Source: Balanoglossus misakiensis | Taxonomy: Eukaryota > Animalia > Hemichordata | Assembly: GCA_040954595.2 (NCBI GenBank) | Contig: CM082598.2 | Location: forward strand, 1,860,001-1,924,000 | Direction of reading: 5' to 3' | Length of the DNA: 64,000 nt | Shown: in pieces, positions 27,401 to 41,800 of the stretch | How the letters are laid out: the number at the start of each line of letters is the position of its first letter | How positions within the stretch are numbered: position 1 is the stretch's first letter | Made by a program: the position numbers and the translations under genes | Notes under the pieces: generated by a model | What the model saw: only the letters and a program-made list of their open reading frames with translations | The model's database searches: none | What the model was told of the DNA's origin: nothing

Positions 27401-30400
27401 AAAACAGATAGCCAAAGGTTATAAGAGTTAAAGGTATACGGTCACCTGTGAAAAATTAGCTATAGTTACCATGGCAAATTGAGATCTAACCAATCACAGA
27501 TTTTCAGTGGGTGGCGCATGCGATAAAAAGAGCGCCACTGTATGTTCTTTAGAACGCCCAAATACTCCATTTCAGCCATATATGGGTGTATGTAAATCGG
27601 AGGTGACTGTATACCTTTAACTGGGGCTCGTATACTAAAATGAACCTGATATATTTTCACTCAGAACTGAGTCAGCCCGGACCAATCAATGCCACAGAGA
27701 TAACGCCTAATAGTGTCAGCGTAGAGTGGACGTCTGGAGAAGGAGTCTTTGAGAACTATGAAGTCAGTATTGAACTTCAGGATGGCACTCTTGTGGACAA
27801 CGTCACTTTGAATTCGACGGATGAGATGTCGGCGATGTTCGAGGACCTGCAGCCAGAGACTACGTACACTGTCACTGTCATCGTGACGGCAGGTTCCGGA
27901 AACGACAAAGACGTCAGCCAACCGCAGCAGCTCGAGGTCACCACATGTAAGTACCTTTCACCACCATGGTTCAGTCCAAAACCCATTGTTTTCTATGGTT
28001 AGGTTGGACCTCTACAGAGAGAACTGGGGGTGAAAGGGTTGATTCTAGCATAACACTTCTAACAATACTGTTTGGTCAACTTGTGGATATCACAGCATTA
28101 AATAATCAGAAAAGAACGTACAATTTTTCACCACTGTTGTTTTAAAATACTCCATGCAATTTTTGGGCAGGTGATTACTATGCGGTTTGTTTCTTCCTTG
28201 ATAAGTGACCATTGAATATTTGTGACTTTCAATATAAGAGGCATGTAATAAAGTTTTCTTTCTTCCCTTTTTGCTCCCAGTACCAACTGTTCTGTCTGTA
28301 CAGACCATTGGCGAAGACTTTCTCCTGGTGCAGTGGTCTGCTCAGGGCGGTGATGTTGCCAGCTACAAGCTGACCTACGCACCTGCAGATGGCGACTTGC
28401 CCTCACCAATCAACATTAATTTGGGAACCGAGTTTAAACTCCTCAACGCTCTAACGCCCGGACAGGAATACACCCTGACTTTGTTCACTGTGGCATCGAA
28501 TGGTCAAGAGACAGAGAAAGGGTCGATTATGCAACGGACAAGTGAGTGTGCATGTTCAATGATTCGAACTGCTGAGACAAAAACTATACTGGATATGGAT
28601 TCTCAAGTTCTGGTATTTCTTGGGAATTACTCATATTTCTAATGCAAAACCATTCATATATGAACACATCAACCTTATGGTCCGTGATGATGCTTATAAA
28701 ACTGACTAATCGCTTATTAATTTTTTTCTTCAGAGCCAAAAATACCAGGTGAATTAACCCACCAACAAGGTGCTACTATCACAGAAATATTGATCAGTTG
28801 GACAGCTCAGAGCCAAGCAGGTGTATTCGATGACTATATCGTCAGGTACAGTCCAGCCGATGGACTCACATTGTCGGAAGTCAGAGTGGATCCAAGCACA
28901 ACTGAGCTGCTTTTGGAAGGTCTGACGCCAGCCACCACTTACGATGTGTCTGTCGTGACTATCAGTGGAATGTTAGAAAGTACAGCTGAAACTTTGCAAT
29001 TATCAACAAGTAAGTTTATCTCCCGTTTGAAAATAAAAGAACACTGGATTCCACAATGTGAAGGAAATTGTGAGGAACAGTGTGCCCTCTAAGCTCATAT
29101 GATGCGTCACAGTCTCAACAAACTCACTCGTAACTCAAGAAAATTATCCACAATACATGCAAAGGGCTGACCCAGAGAAAGTTTTAGAAATCCTCAAATT
29201 GACTCAAAGCTTTTTAAAATTAAGTTTGCTAGAGGGCACACAAGTTTGGAGACAAAAGTTACATGGCTTAATTTTAGGGAAAAGAAATATGTTCTTTTGG
29301 AACAAATACTACATTTTCTGAGCATGACTTCATCATTTAAGCAACTTTAATTGCATTATCAATGGCTTGAGTACACAGACACCAGATACATGTTAATTTT
29401 TTTCTTTCTTGTCACCAGTGGCTGCTGGTCAGTTTGAAGCCTATATCATCGAAGTGACCACAACATCTGTGTGGCTGAAGTGGAGCCCAGCACAGGGTAG
29501 CTTCACCAGTTACACAGTTAGGACTCTCGGTGCTGGCTTGATTGAAGATACTGTCTCAGCAAGCACCCGGTCGCACATTGTTGATAACCTAACCCCTGGT
29601 ACCAGATACACGTTTTTCTTGTCTGCTGATGGAGCTACGGACTCCTCCACAAATGTCCAGTATACAAGTAAGTAACCTCCATCAATTTAGGTGGCATGCG
29701 CCCGAAAATCAGTCTTAAACTTTTCTCATTTTGTGCTCAAGGCAACTTTAGATTATTCTATTTTAAAAATTGAGAATTAAAAAAAACAAGGTCACCTTGC
29801 AAAATTTTGAGCAACTTTTGTAATTTTATTTTCTTCAAGGACCCAACGCCCCCGGTAGTGTCACACCAGGAGTGCCATCTGCTAGTGGAGTAACGATCGT
29901 TTGGGCTGAACCAACGGGTAGCTATGACGATTATGAAGTGACCATCACCAAATCAGAGGATGACTCTGTCGTATCCGTGGAAACCGTCCCCAAGGGAACA
30001 ACATCCTTAGTCATTGCGAATTTGCTACCAGAAACAGGGTACACAGCAGAAGTTGTGTCTGTCGTCGGTACGGGCCAGGAGAAGACATTAAGTGATATTG
30101 TTACTGCAACCTTCACTACTGGTGAGTTTGATGCGAAATATGAACATTTTTGACACCACTGGTAATTAAGCGCCTAAGTGTCAGCCAAGAGTATTGTCAA
30201 CAAACCAGCGAAAAATTTGAAAATGTTTTATCGAAAATTTTCATAAATATTTGTTCCACATTAATCCACAGAGTGTCAATCATGAATATCAGTTAGAGAA
30301 AATATTTTCTTTAAAATATTCTGTTGTTCTTTCGCAGATCGATCCAAAGTCAACATCATTGCATACAACGACACATCTCTCTCGCTTGTCTGGGAGTTGC

Positions 30401-32814
30401 CATCACCGGTCCCAGAATCCATCAAAATCACCTTGGATCCAGCAGACGGCATGCCGAGTTCACCAATCACCCTGACCAATAATGAGACATCTGAGAATAT
30501 TGTGGCCTTGACACCTGGTCAAGAGTATACAGCTGTGATCCTGGCTGTGCAGGCAGATTCGTCTGAAGTGGAGATTGGTCGTGCCGTTCAAAGACTATGT
30601 AAGTATTTCTTGGCTGTACTATTGAAGCCACTAAACAATACTGTAAAACATGGGCCATCCCAAGCAGACAGGGGTCTTATGGGAGCGCGATACTTATGAC
30701 CATAAGACCCCTTTATGCTTGGGATGGCCCTCATGTCTTTTTAGCTAGCATGTTATTTAAGCTAATTTAGCTGGGTGTGTGAATTCGCTAATTTAAGATG
30801 CTTCTAATTTAAACTTTTCTCTATATTTACCATGGTTAAGCGTTTTGATCAGTGACCGTTGAACCCTTACAAAAATCATTCTAAAGATGTCTATAGAATT
30901 ATGTAGCATCAAAATCTTTAGAATGCTATAGAACTCTTTTGACCATTTTTTGAAAGGGAAATTATTGTCATATTCGTTAAAAGATGGAAGAATTTCACAG
31001 CGCATTGTTTTCTTGTTTCTTTGTAGTGCCCACTGCTCCGACAAATCTCATGATGACATCAAAGACAACCAGTACAATAGACTTCAGCTGGGATTACAGC
31101 CCTGGGGATGAAGACATCTACGATGGTTTTGAAATTGAATATGCTCCCGTCTATGGGCAGATGGAGTCACCAATCTTCCGGGAAAAATATCTGCCACATA
31201 GTCTTTCATTGACTGGGTTGTACCCGTCGACAACCTATAACATTAGCGTGTATGCTGTTGCTGGACTTGGCGCTCGGCCGAAGAGAAGTGAGGACCTCAC
31301 GATTGAAGTGACCACAGGTAAGAAGAGGGTTTAATATCTCCTTACAAAATCATTCTATAGATATGTATAGCCTACTGAATTTCTATAGAAGTTTATGGAA
31401 TTTTTATGGACATCTGTAGATTTCTCTGCAGTGATGAACCCTTTTTCTATAGAAGCATCAAAATCTATAGAATGCTAAGAATACGAGAGAGCATTTGTAA
31501 GGGAATAGGCCAACTCTGGATTTAAATGACTCACACAGGCTCTAGCTCATTTGCTTTGACTGTCGATAATCTTCCGGTACACACAGTGGACAAAGCACGT
31601 CTGCAAAGCATTTTCGGAACAAATAGCCTTGTGTCTTCGTGACATTGAAGGTACTGTTTTCATCTGGGATTTTTTTGTTATATTGCAGATGCGGCTTCAC
31701 CTGGTGAGCTCATCATCAGAGAAGTGACAATGGACTCCATTCACGTGAACTGGATCGCACACGCCGATGCGCAGGGTTACAACCTGGAAATACTCGAGAC
31801 CGGCTCCGGCAATAGTTTACAGAACATTTTCTATGCAGCGTCCGGCGACAAGGAACACACATTTGTCAACCTTACACCAGGGCAACTGTACACCATAACA
31901 ATTGCCATTTTGGGCACGGGGTTGGAGCCATCAGTAGAGCAAAGAACATGTAAGTATAACCCCTCCATTGATAATAAAGAAAATACAGTCAAACCTTTGT
32001 TAGTGGCCACCTCTATATAGTGGTCACCTCTGGATAGTGGCCACTTTGATACAGTCCCTGTGCAATTCACATGTGCATTAATTAACATCTATATAAAGGC
32101 CACCTGTCTATAAAGGCCAGTTTAGGAAAGTCCCTTGATTGGCCACTATAGACAAGTTCGACTGTACCAAAAGTGGTAATTTGACCCAGTCGGTTCTGAC
32201 CACTTCATAAAAACATTTGTAGACAGATGATGTATATCTACGAATGCAAAATATTATCCATCAACACGAGACAATAAAATGTGGGTAAATTTAATAATTG
32301 CAGATCCGATGAGGCCAGGTATTATCTACGTTGGTGGTATAACCGCGACGTCTATCACCATCGCGTGGGATCCATCTGCAAGTGGCGTCACTGACGGTTA
32401 CGAAGTAGCGTACTATCCCTCAGAGGGGAGTCCCTCATCTCCTGTGTTCTACGCTGCGGATGATGAGCAGCTACTCGTCATGACGATGCTGCGTCCGGAG
32501 ACAACGTTCAACATACTCATTGTGTCTGTCGCTGGAAGTGGTAGCAACCGTATGATCAGTCGGTCACGAGCGACAACTCAGAGAACAGGTACGCGCAATT
32601 ATGCAAATGTGTTGTTTTTAATGACTGCATATATGTATGTATGTTTGAGTATGTATGTATGGCCATTTACTCTCCTGATGAGTGAGTCCAGTGACTCACG
32701 AAACAACGTTGTAGAGATTATACCACCTTTCGTTTCTCCTACTACCCTACTTTATGTATGTATGTACGATGTATGTACGATGTATGTGTGTATGTATGTA
32801 TGTATGTATGTATG

Positions 32815-32847
<33 letters not shown>

Positions 32848-35800
32848 TTACTCTTATGTACGTACCTGTATGTATGTATATGTAAATATTTTCAGAACCA
32901 CTTTTGACTTTCCAGAACACACACAGTTGTACTTACACAATGAACATTGCATTTATTTTCAGGTTCCCTGACTGCTCTGGAGATAATCATCAGAAGGTAC
33001 ACGTCGACCGAAATTGACATCATGTGGGGCCGTGGAGAGGACGATGGAGGCGTCTACTTGGTTGCAATTGAAGAAAACAGTGGCAGCAATGGTCCTGATA
33101 CGCAGCCAATATCACCCAGTGATCCATTGGAGATGTATTTCACTGGTCTCAGACCAGGTGCACTTTACGATATCACAATTACACTGACCGTTGGGGCTTC
33201 GTCGACAGAGGGAACTGTTTCAAGACGAACAAGTGAGTTTAAAAATCTGGCAAATATTTTTTTTAGAGTGACTGGGTGAAGACCAAGTGTTGTGTTGGGC
33301 AACATGTTGCTACTGATAATGATATGTAAATATTACAGTAAAATTAATAAGTGTATGTATGTGACATTAAAAATATTCTCCGGACAATTTGTTTAAGATT
33401 TCTCCCACTGTGTGGTAAAAGTTTAAGTGATACAGTCATCTTAGAAGATGGTCACTATTTTTATCTGGAAGAAGTATGATACATGGTGATTATGGTGGAA
33501 TCGTGTGATTGGTGTAAGAATAATATGTCAGGCTGAATTTTCATTCATATTCTCTTCTTTTTAAGTTCCCCTGGCTCCCGAGTCTGTGATGTCAGCATCT
33601 GAAACAGTGTCAACTCTACTCGTAACCTGGATACCGCCAGAGAACACAACCTTCGACAAGTACATTCTGACCCACAACCCCGCCGATGGTATGATTGCGT
33701 CTCCTATTGAACTGGAGGCAGATCAGACATCACTGGAATTGACAGGACTCTCACCCAATCAGGATTACGATCTGTCTATCTATGTTGAATCAGGCGCAGG
33801 TGATGACCTGACAACTAGCGATGTTGCTACTGGTAACGCCACCACAGGTGAGTCATAATCTGACATTATACACCCATTTAGAATGATGAAATCATGTTCT
33901 TTCAGGTGTTATTGGCCAAGTTTTACATGTTGTCTTTTTCTCATGTTTGTCTGTACATTATACAATTATTTCAGATACATGTATTTAACTGTAAAAATCT
34001 TTACTGAATGATACGTTTCTGATCTTGTAACAATGCAGTCAGCAATGTAAAGTTCAAAGTCAAATTTCTGATTTTTGTTTCATGTTCACAGTTGCTGCGG
34101 ACCCAGGCGAAGTGGTCGTCAAATCACTGGACAGCACGTCCATCGATATCACCTGGGGAGAAGCCGATCCTGGCACGATTTTCTCTGGATTCCTGGTCAG
34201 AATCGAACCGGCTGACGCGGCATCCAGTGTGGTCTGGAAGCTGCCCTCGGATGAGCGAAGAGTTCTCTTCGATACCCTTGTTCCCGGTCAGGGGTACACT
34301 ATATACATCCAACTGCAGGGTGCAAACATTGAAACCAATATAACTCGACATACAGGTAAGAATTACCCTAATTCAGCTGAATTAAAAATTCAGTAATCAG
34401 TGTTTTCCTCAGGAACTTTAAGCATATTGGCCCTGCTACGCTTACACTATACACTAGACTGGTTTATGTTTTTTCTAATTATATTTTCAACTTCCTTTAT
34501 TGAATGAATAAAATGTGTATATTAAAGTATTCAAAATATACATGAATTGCATCTGCCCATCCACTCCTAAAAGTATGCCTGGGCAATTGGTGGATTAACT
34601 GTGAAATATCACACATCACACACTAATCACATATCTTTTGTTTATCATTTTTTTATCTAGTACCCTTACCTGTTGAGAGCTTGACAATCATTACAATAGA
34701 TTCCACCAGCCTACTGGCAAACTGGGCAGCCCCAGAAGGTGTAGTCCAGAGATATGAGGTCTTTTTAGTTGCGGATGATGGTAGCCGGTCGTTAGCAGGA
34801 GCAGCAAACGGCGATGAGAACACATTCACCATCAGTGGTCTGAACCCTGGAACCATGTACACCGTTGATGTGGAAAGTGCTGTTGGTAGAGGGTCAGGGA
34901 AGATGGTTAGTGAGGTCAGGACCGCGACAGGAACAACATGTAAGTACTATAATTATAGTAATCAAGTTTATAGCACTAATTGCAACATTATGCTTAATGA
35001 AATGGCAGTTCAAAAAGTGGACAAATTCTTTATACATCTTAAAGGTGTACTGTCACCTATGGAAAATTAGCTGTAGTTACCATGACAAATTGAGATCTTG
35101 CCAATCACAGATTTTCAGTGGCGGTTCACGTGAAAAAAGAGCGACGCCATATGTTCTTTAGAATGCTCAAATACACCATTACAGCCATACATGGGCATCT
35201 GCAAATTGGAGGTGACTTTATACCTTCAAAGTATTGCCATGCTATGCAGCCCATGCAAGTATAATTTCACGGATCAAGTTTTTGTCTCACCCACACAGCC
35301 GAAGTCGAGTCCGGCATAGTGGTTGTTAAGTCCGTCACCAAGAACACCATTGATATCATCTGGAATACCGACTTGGATTCGGATCCGGATGCGCAGAATT
35401 TCTTCCTGGTGGACTTGACTCCATCCGATGGCAACTCGTATCCACAGGCTGTTGGTGAGCCTGTCAGCAGCTATGTGGAATTCCAATTCCCTGGTCTGAC
35501 ATCAGGTAGACTTTACACGATCACCATCACAGCAGGTGAAAATTCCATCTCTGCGGATGTATACACAAGTAAGTAAGATGCATCTTATTCAACTAATTTC
35601 AACTACCTCGATAGACTTTGCATATATGGGGTTAATATTATGATAGCTGCAATTATTTAGCTTGACTGTGTGATAAGTATCTTTTTTTGGGGGGGGGAGA
35701 AATCTGGGTGTTAATCATCTTGTTTTCATAAAAAAATTACTACTTGAAATTTTCTCCATTAACACAGAGATTGGCAAATCTGAATGTTGTTGTCGTTTGC

Positions 35801-38800
35801 TTTATAGTTCCTGCTGCACCAACATCACTGCAAGCCATCGCCATGACTACCACAACCTTAACTCTGGACTGGACAGCGGCAACGGGAGACAGCGATGGTT
35901 ACATCATTTCCTACACTGACGGCGATAACTCGGAAGTCCAGGCCGGAACTGTTGCCAGTGACACCACAACATTCCTGTTGGAAGGCCTGGAACCCCGGAC
36001 TACCTACACCTACCAGGTCATCACATACGTCGGAAGTAACCCACAAGTTTTGAGCGACGCGGCGTCAAACTCTGCTACCACAGGTTTGTTAGTTTCTGAT
36101 TTCTGTTGTGTTGTGTGAAAGTGCATCCTCCATTTTAAAGAGACAAAGTCTCTCTCCAGCTGCCCCTTTTTCATTAATTATGTTTTATACAAGACACTGT
36201 TTATGTTAATGTACATGTGGATATATAGTGAATCAACGTTCAACCACACAAAACTTCCATCCCACTTGTATGATATGAGAGTAAAAACTCGCCCGAAATG
36301 AATTAATGGTAAAGAACGATTATTCATTTTGGCGATTTTTTTCACTCTCCTGTCTATAGGAGGGATGGAAGTTGTGTGTGGTTGAACGTTCATTCACTAT
36401 ATATCCACATGTAGAATAACAAACGGCGTCTTGTATCAAACATAATTAATGGAAAAAGGCCAGCGAGAGAGAGACCTTGTCCCTTTAAGTTTCATATATA
36501 ATATATGCTCCAAATCTGTACCTAACTTTATTTTCATTTTGCTTCAACAGATCCGGTTCCGTCCGACACTGTGGTCATCCAGTTGGTCAACACAGACACC
36601 ATCGAAATCCTGTGGGCGGAAGTGATCGACCCAACAGCTAACGGCTACTTAGTGTCCCTAGACCCAGCCGATGGTGGAAATCCGTCCGATACCAGACCAG
36701 ACTATATCGCCAAGGACCCATCAAGCACAAGTGTCAAATATACCTTTGATAACTTGATACCGGGAAGACTCTACACCATTCAAGTGCAGATATCTGGACC
36801 AAATACTGTCATAACACAGTCACAGAGAACATGTAAGAGCTACTGACTGTTATTCTGGAGGGGGGGTGGGGTGAAAGCAGTTTGGGACCGTCATTACTGC
36901 AAAATTTATTTGGAGATTTTCATTCAAAAGAGAATCACATGGTTACTGAATATAATAATGTTAAAATACAAATGTCAGATTAACTGAAAGTTACACAGAG
37001 TGTTTTTTCAGGAGTGACATTTTCAATTACCGCAATATCAATGTATGGTGATCATGGTACGTCTCTGAGATTTGCAATAGATGTATAGAAGAAACTGAAG
37101 TTATTTTTTGTTTACTGATGAAAAACCTTCTTGTTTTGACAGCGCCCAACCCGATCGGCAGCTTCTATCCCGGGCAGACCACCGCCACAAGCATCAGTGT
37201 TTTCTGGGACACTGTTAGTTCTGGAGAAATCGACGCTTATCAGGTGACGTACGAACCGGCCGATGGCAGAACTGAGTCGCCCAAAGTGATACCTGTCAAT
37301 GGTGAATTAGGAGGTGTCACCATTGAAGGGCTAAGTCCGGATACGCGGTACACAATCACCGTGGTTACACTCTCTGGGAGTGGCGCCGATGGCACAGTTG
37401 GTGCTTCCAGACAGTACAACCAACGAACTGGTGAGTGTGTTTATTTTTGCATCTGAGCTGCCTATCATGAAAGATTTTGGCACTCAAAAGTTGATCACGG
37501 AGACGATGGACATTATGGGACATTATGTAATTTCAGTGTGATGTATACCTGTAAGGTTGCCTTGTGTCGGCAATGTTTCTTGATTTCTTGGACATTTTTT
37601 AAACAAAAGATGTTTTTTTTTTCAACAGTGGCTGCGGATCCTGCTGAAGTAATCATCAAGACTGTGGATTCTACCAGTTTGACTCTGACCTGGGGCGTCG
37701 TCGCCGACAACCAGGTCGGTTACATCGTACGTATCGACCCAGCGCCGACAAATACGGCTGTGTCACCACAGCAAGTCTTCCGGGCGATCACAGATGAACG
37801 ATTGGTCGGATTCTCCACTCTGGTTCCCGGTCAGCTGTACACACTGACAGTCTCTGTGCAAGGCCAGGACCTTTCGACGACCGCCCAGCAGAGGACAAGT
37901 GAGTCAATTTTGACATCTATGCGCAAAATGCTCTTCTGAGAAAATACATGTACTTTTTATCTTCAATGTCGAATGCTTATTTCAGTTTTGCAGCGATCTA
38001 TTTATGTCCTTGTTATGGTGATTTGTCTCTGCCTTGAAAACAGTAACTGAACTCTAATCATGATTTTTTTTTTGATTGACTGCAGTTCCCACTGCGCCAG
38101 GCAATGTGACTGTGTCTGATACATCTGCTGTGTCTTTGAACGTCACGTGGGAACCAGCGAGTGACATATTTGATCTCTACGAGATTGTCTACACCAGTTC
38201 GTCTGACCAGGAGTTGGTCAGTGCGGGTACCGTGCCTGGCGACCAGCTCTTCCTTCTCATTGACGGACTGAGTCCCAACTCTGAGTACACGTTACAGGTG
38301 TTTACTGTCAGTGGATTGGACGCAACTGCTGAGGAGAGTGAACCCTCTATGGCTGTAGCATCAACAGGTAAAGTTGCCCCTGTGTGGTCATGTGGTTTTG
38401 GTGATACACAACATTGAATGCCAGTGAGAATTTAACCTGGGTGGAAGGTAGTTTTTCAGACTGGCAAATATTTTCTGAATAATAATATCTTTCTGTGCCA
38501 TGGATTAATTTGAGTCACCTCTGCTAATTACAGATGCAATCCCAGCTGACGAACTCCTGATCCAGTCGTACACATCAACTTCCATCGATGTCTTGTGGGC
38601 TGAAAGAACAGGGATCGAAGTTAACGGCTACCTCATCAGCATTGACCCTGCAGACGGAGGAAACCCATCACCAACTAGTCAACAGTTCTTGCAGAAGGAG
38701 GTCTACCGGTATACGTTTGATGATCTCGTAGCGGGAAGAGATTACACCATTAAAGTGGAAGTGATGGGAAGGAGTGAGGAAATTGTAGCCAATCAAAGAA

Positions 38801-41800
38801 CAGGTACTACTATCTTCCCATACAGAAAGATTCTATAGAATTCTGTATATAGCCTACAGAATTTCCATTGTAATTTGCAAAATTTCTATGGGCATCTAAG
38901 AAATTTTCATTGAAATGTACAGAATTTCTATGGGCATCTATGAAATTTTCATTGAAATGTACAGAATTTCTATGGACATCTTTAGAATTGAAGAGAGATT
39001 CAAAAGAATTTTCTTGGTCTACGTTGTGCATGTCCAACTCCAGTGTCATGAAGATGCAGTATATATGTGGCTGCAGAGCCCAGATAGACAATTTTCCTTC
39101 AGTGAATTTAGCACTGAACAATTTTAGACTGATTTGCTGGAGTGGAATCTTTGGATTTACAGAAATGGAATTGTTTTCTCTATATTTTTCACTTCAGTAC
39201 CCCTGGCTCCCGGCACCATTGTGCAAACTGGTGAAAGTCCAACCACGATCACCTTCGCATGGACGCCTGCCGTGGGTGACCTTGACGTATACGAACTTTC
39301 CTATTCTTCCGAGGGGATCAGCGAGACACATATCACATCTGTGGGCAAAGATGATCTGCGGGAGTACACCCTTGAACAGCTGGACCCCTCCACTGAGTAT
39401 ACAGTCTACATCAAAAGTGTCAGCGGGATGTTGGAGAGTTCAAAGACATCACAGACTCTGACAACAGGTACGGCTACAGTACTGACCAAGTGTTCTTTTC
39501 CAATTAACCAACACTGGGCTAACAATAGGCTAACACTGGGCTAATTATCAGTTGTGCAGCCTGTCTATTGTTACCTACAGCCTGAATTAATTAGCTTGAT
39601 TATTAGCTTGTACAATTGTTTAATCAGGGAGCATTAATGAGAGATTCAAAGCATACCATGATATGATCACATTTTTTATATTTAGGGGTTATTACACGGA
39701 TTTTGGTCGATAACGCGTCGTATTCGAGTGTGTCCGTATTTTGACGAGTTGCGCTTCGCAACGAGTCAAAATACGGACATCACGAGAATGCGTCGCGTTA
39801 TCGACCAAAATCCGTGTAATAACCCCTTTATCATACATGCCTACCTATAAAACAGTACGATTTGCGAAAATGCGCCGAGAAAAACAATTTCAAATTTGAA
39901 CCAGGTGCTGGGATCACGGCAGTAGCCATGTTGTGACGTATGACGTGTGGGCCGTAGTATCATTTTAAGGGGGTTGGCAGCTTTCATTACGATGGGCACA
40001 TCCGCATTCTAAATAAACTTGTCTACGTTCTCTTTCAAAATATCATGTTAACAATTATTTCACATTGAGAATTTCGAAGAAGTAAAAATGATACATTCAA
40101 CATGGCAAAACCGCCAGCTTTGAAAACGTTATTTCAGCTTCTAATAACCGAATTTTACAACACCCCTCTCCACTAGCGTCCTATGCCCCGTACGTCGCTC
40201 GCACGCGCAGCGAACTGTCGTGCTGCGCGTTCTCAAAAATTGTTCGAGACGCGGAGTGTAATACCGTAAAATATCGCGCTCAGTGTAATACCGTAAAATA
40301 TCTTCGGGGCGAGAACAATAGAAAGTGCCAAATACAGGCGTTGCATGTATGATAATAATTAATATATGTTAATTCACATTGAGATGTTTCTCTCATTTTT
40401 TGCATCTAATGCCTGATTGTCTGTCTCTTTTCAGCAACTATTCCTGCCGGAACTATCGTTGTCAGTAGTTACACTACCGACACCATTGATATACTGTGGG
40501 GATCTGTTGAAGGTGCTACAGCATACATCCTGTACCTTGACGAAGCTTTTATTAGAGTCATCAGTGCTGGTGAGAGGCTGGAATATGCGTTTTCAGCCTT
40601 AACACCAGGTCAAGACTATGCAATCAAGATACAAATATCAGGAGTGGTTGTCGATGACAGCGTCCTGAATCAAAGAACCAGTAAGTGATTGTTTACTACC
40701 CCTTCATGTCTACATGTGGTTCAAGCCGATACTGTATAGTTTATGCTGGAATAGTTTATTTTTTAGATGGAGTAGGTGTGGGTCGGCATGAGAGAATGTT
40801 CAGCTTCAACAAAGAATGTATGTTTTGGGCAAGTTTCAAAAACGAAATAAGGGTGGATTAACATGTCTTTGCATACTTTGATCACATTCAGACTTGTGAG
40901 GATTTGTTTGAAAAAGTGCAGTAATACTGTCTGGAAAATGTTTTTGTCTTTAAAAATGTAAATTTCTGAGACAGTCATCATTGACACTTTTCGTATCATT
41001 TCAGAACCAAGAGACATTGTACAAATTACACAAGACGTTTCCGCCTCCAGTCCATCAAGGCTTGTCTTCAAATGGAACAGTCCAGGTGGCACGTACAACG
41101 CCTTCCGTCTCACTTACGAACCGTCCGACGGACTGACAGAATCGCCCATTGAGATCCCCGTGGAGACTGAGCAACCTGAGTATCCATTCGTCTTGGATGG
41201 CTTGACCCCGAATACGCAATACTCCATCACCATAGTGACTGTGTCAGGAAGTGGTGAGAGTCAGACTGAAAGCATACCTTTCACCAGTCAAATCACCACA
41301 GGTAAGACATCTGTCTGTCTCATTTGCATATCAGCATGGTACATTATATAGACATCTATGGAATTCTATAGCCTTTAGAATTTGCATGGAAGTTTATAGA
41401 TGGATATCTCTAGATTTCTATGTAGTTTTGTACTCTATTTCAATGTCAAATGGCAAAATCTAAAGAATGTGATAGAATTCTATAAATTTCTATTGAATTT
41501 TATAGAAATGACAAAATCAGTAATTGCTATAATTGAGTATTTTTGTAATCCTGGATACTTCTCACCTGCCATTAAGTTCTAGGGATAGGGTTGGGGTAAG
41601 TGTCATTCATGTTAACCTGCATTCCTCAGATATTAATGAACTTTTGTGAAATATTTTCGTTTCAACAGAGGCGGCTGCTCAAGCAGAGATTATCGTCAAG
41701 CAGAAATCCACCAACAGCATCACCATCATCTGGGGAGAAGCAACAGTGGACTTCCAACTGTACTTGGTATCTTACAGCCCGGCTGATGGAAACCAGGATG

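Noticed and set aside
38810-39127. ORFs with repeated peptides (HRNSVHFNENF)
   Set aside because: Translations of an intronic tandem repeat of about 41 bp belonging to the TCTATAG-rich family, not protein-coding.
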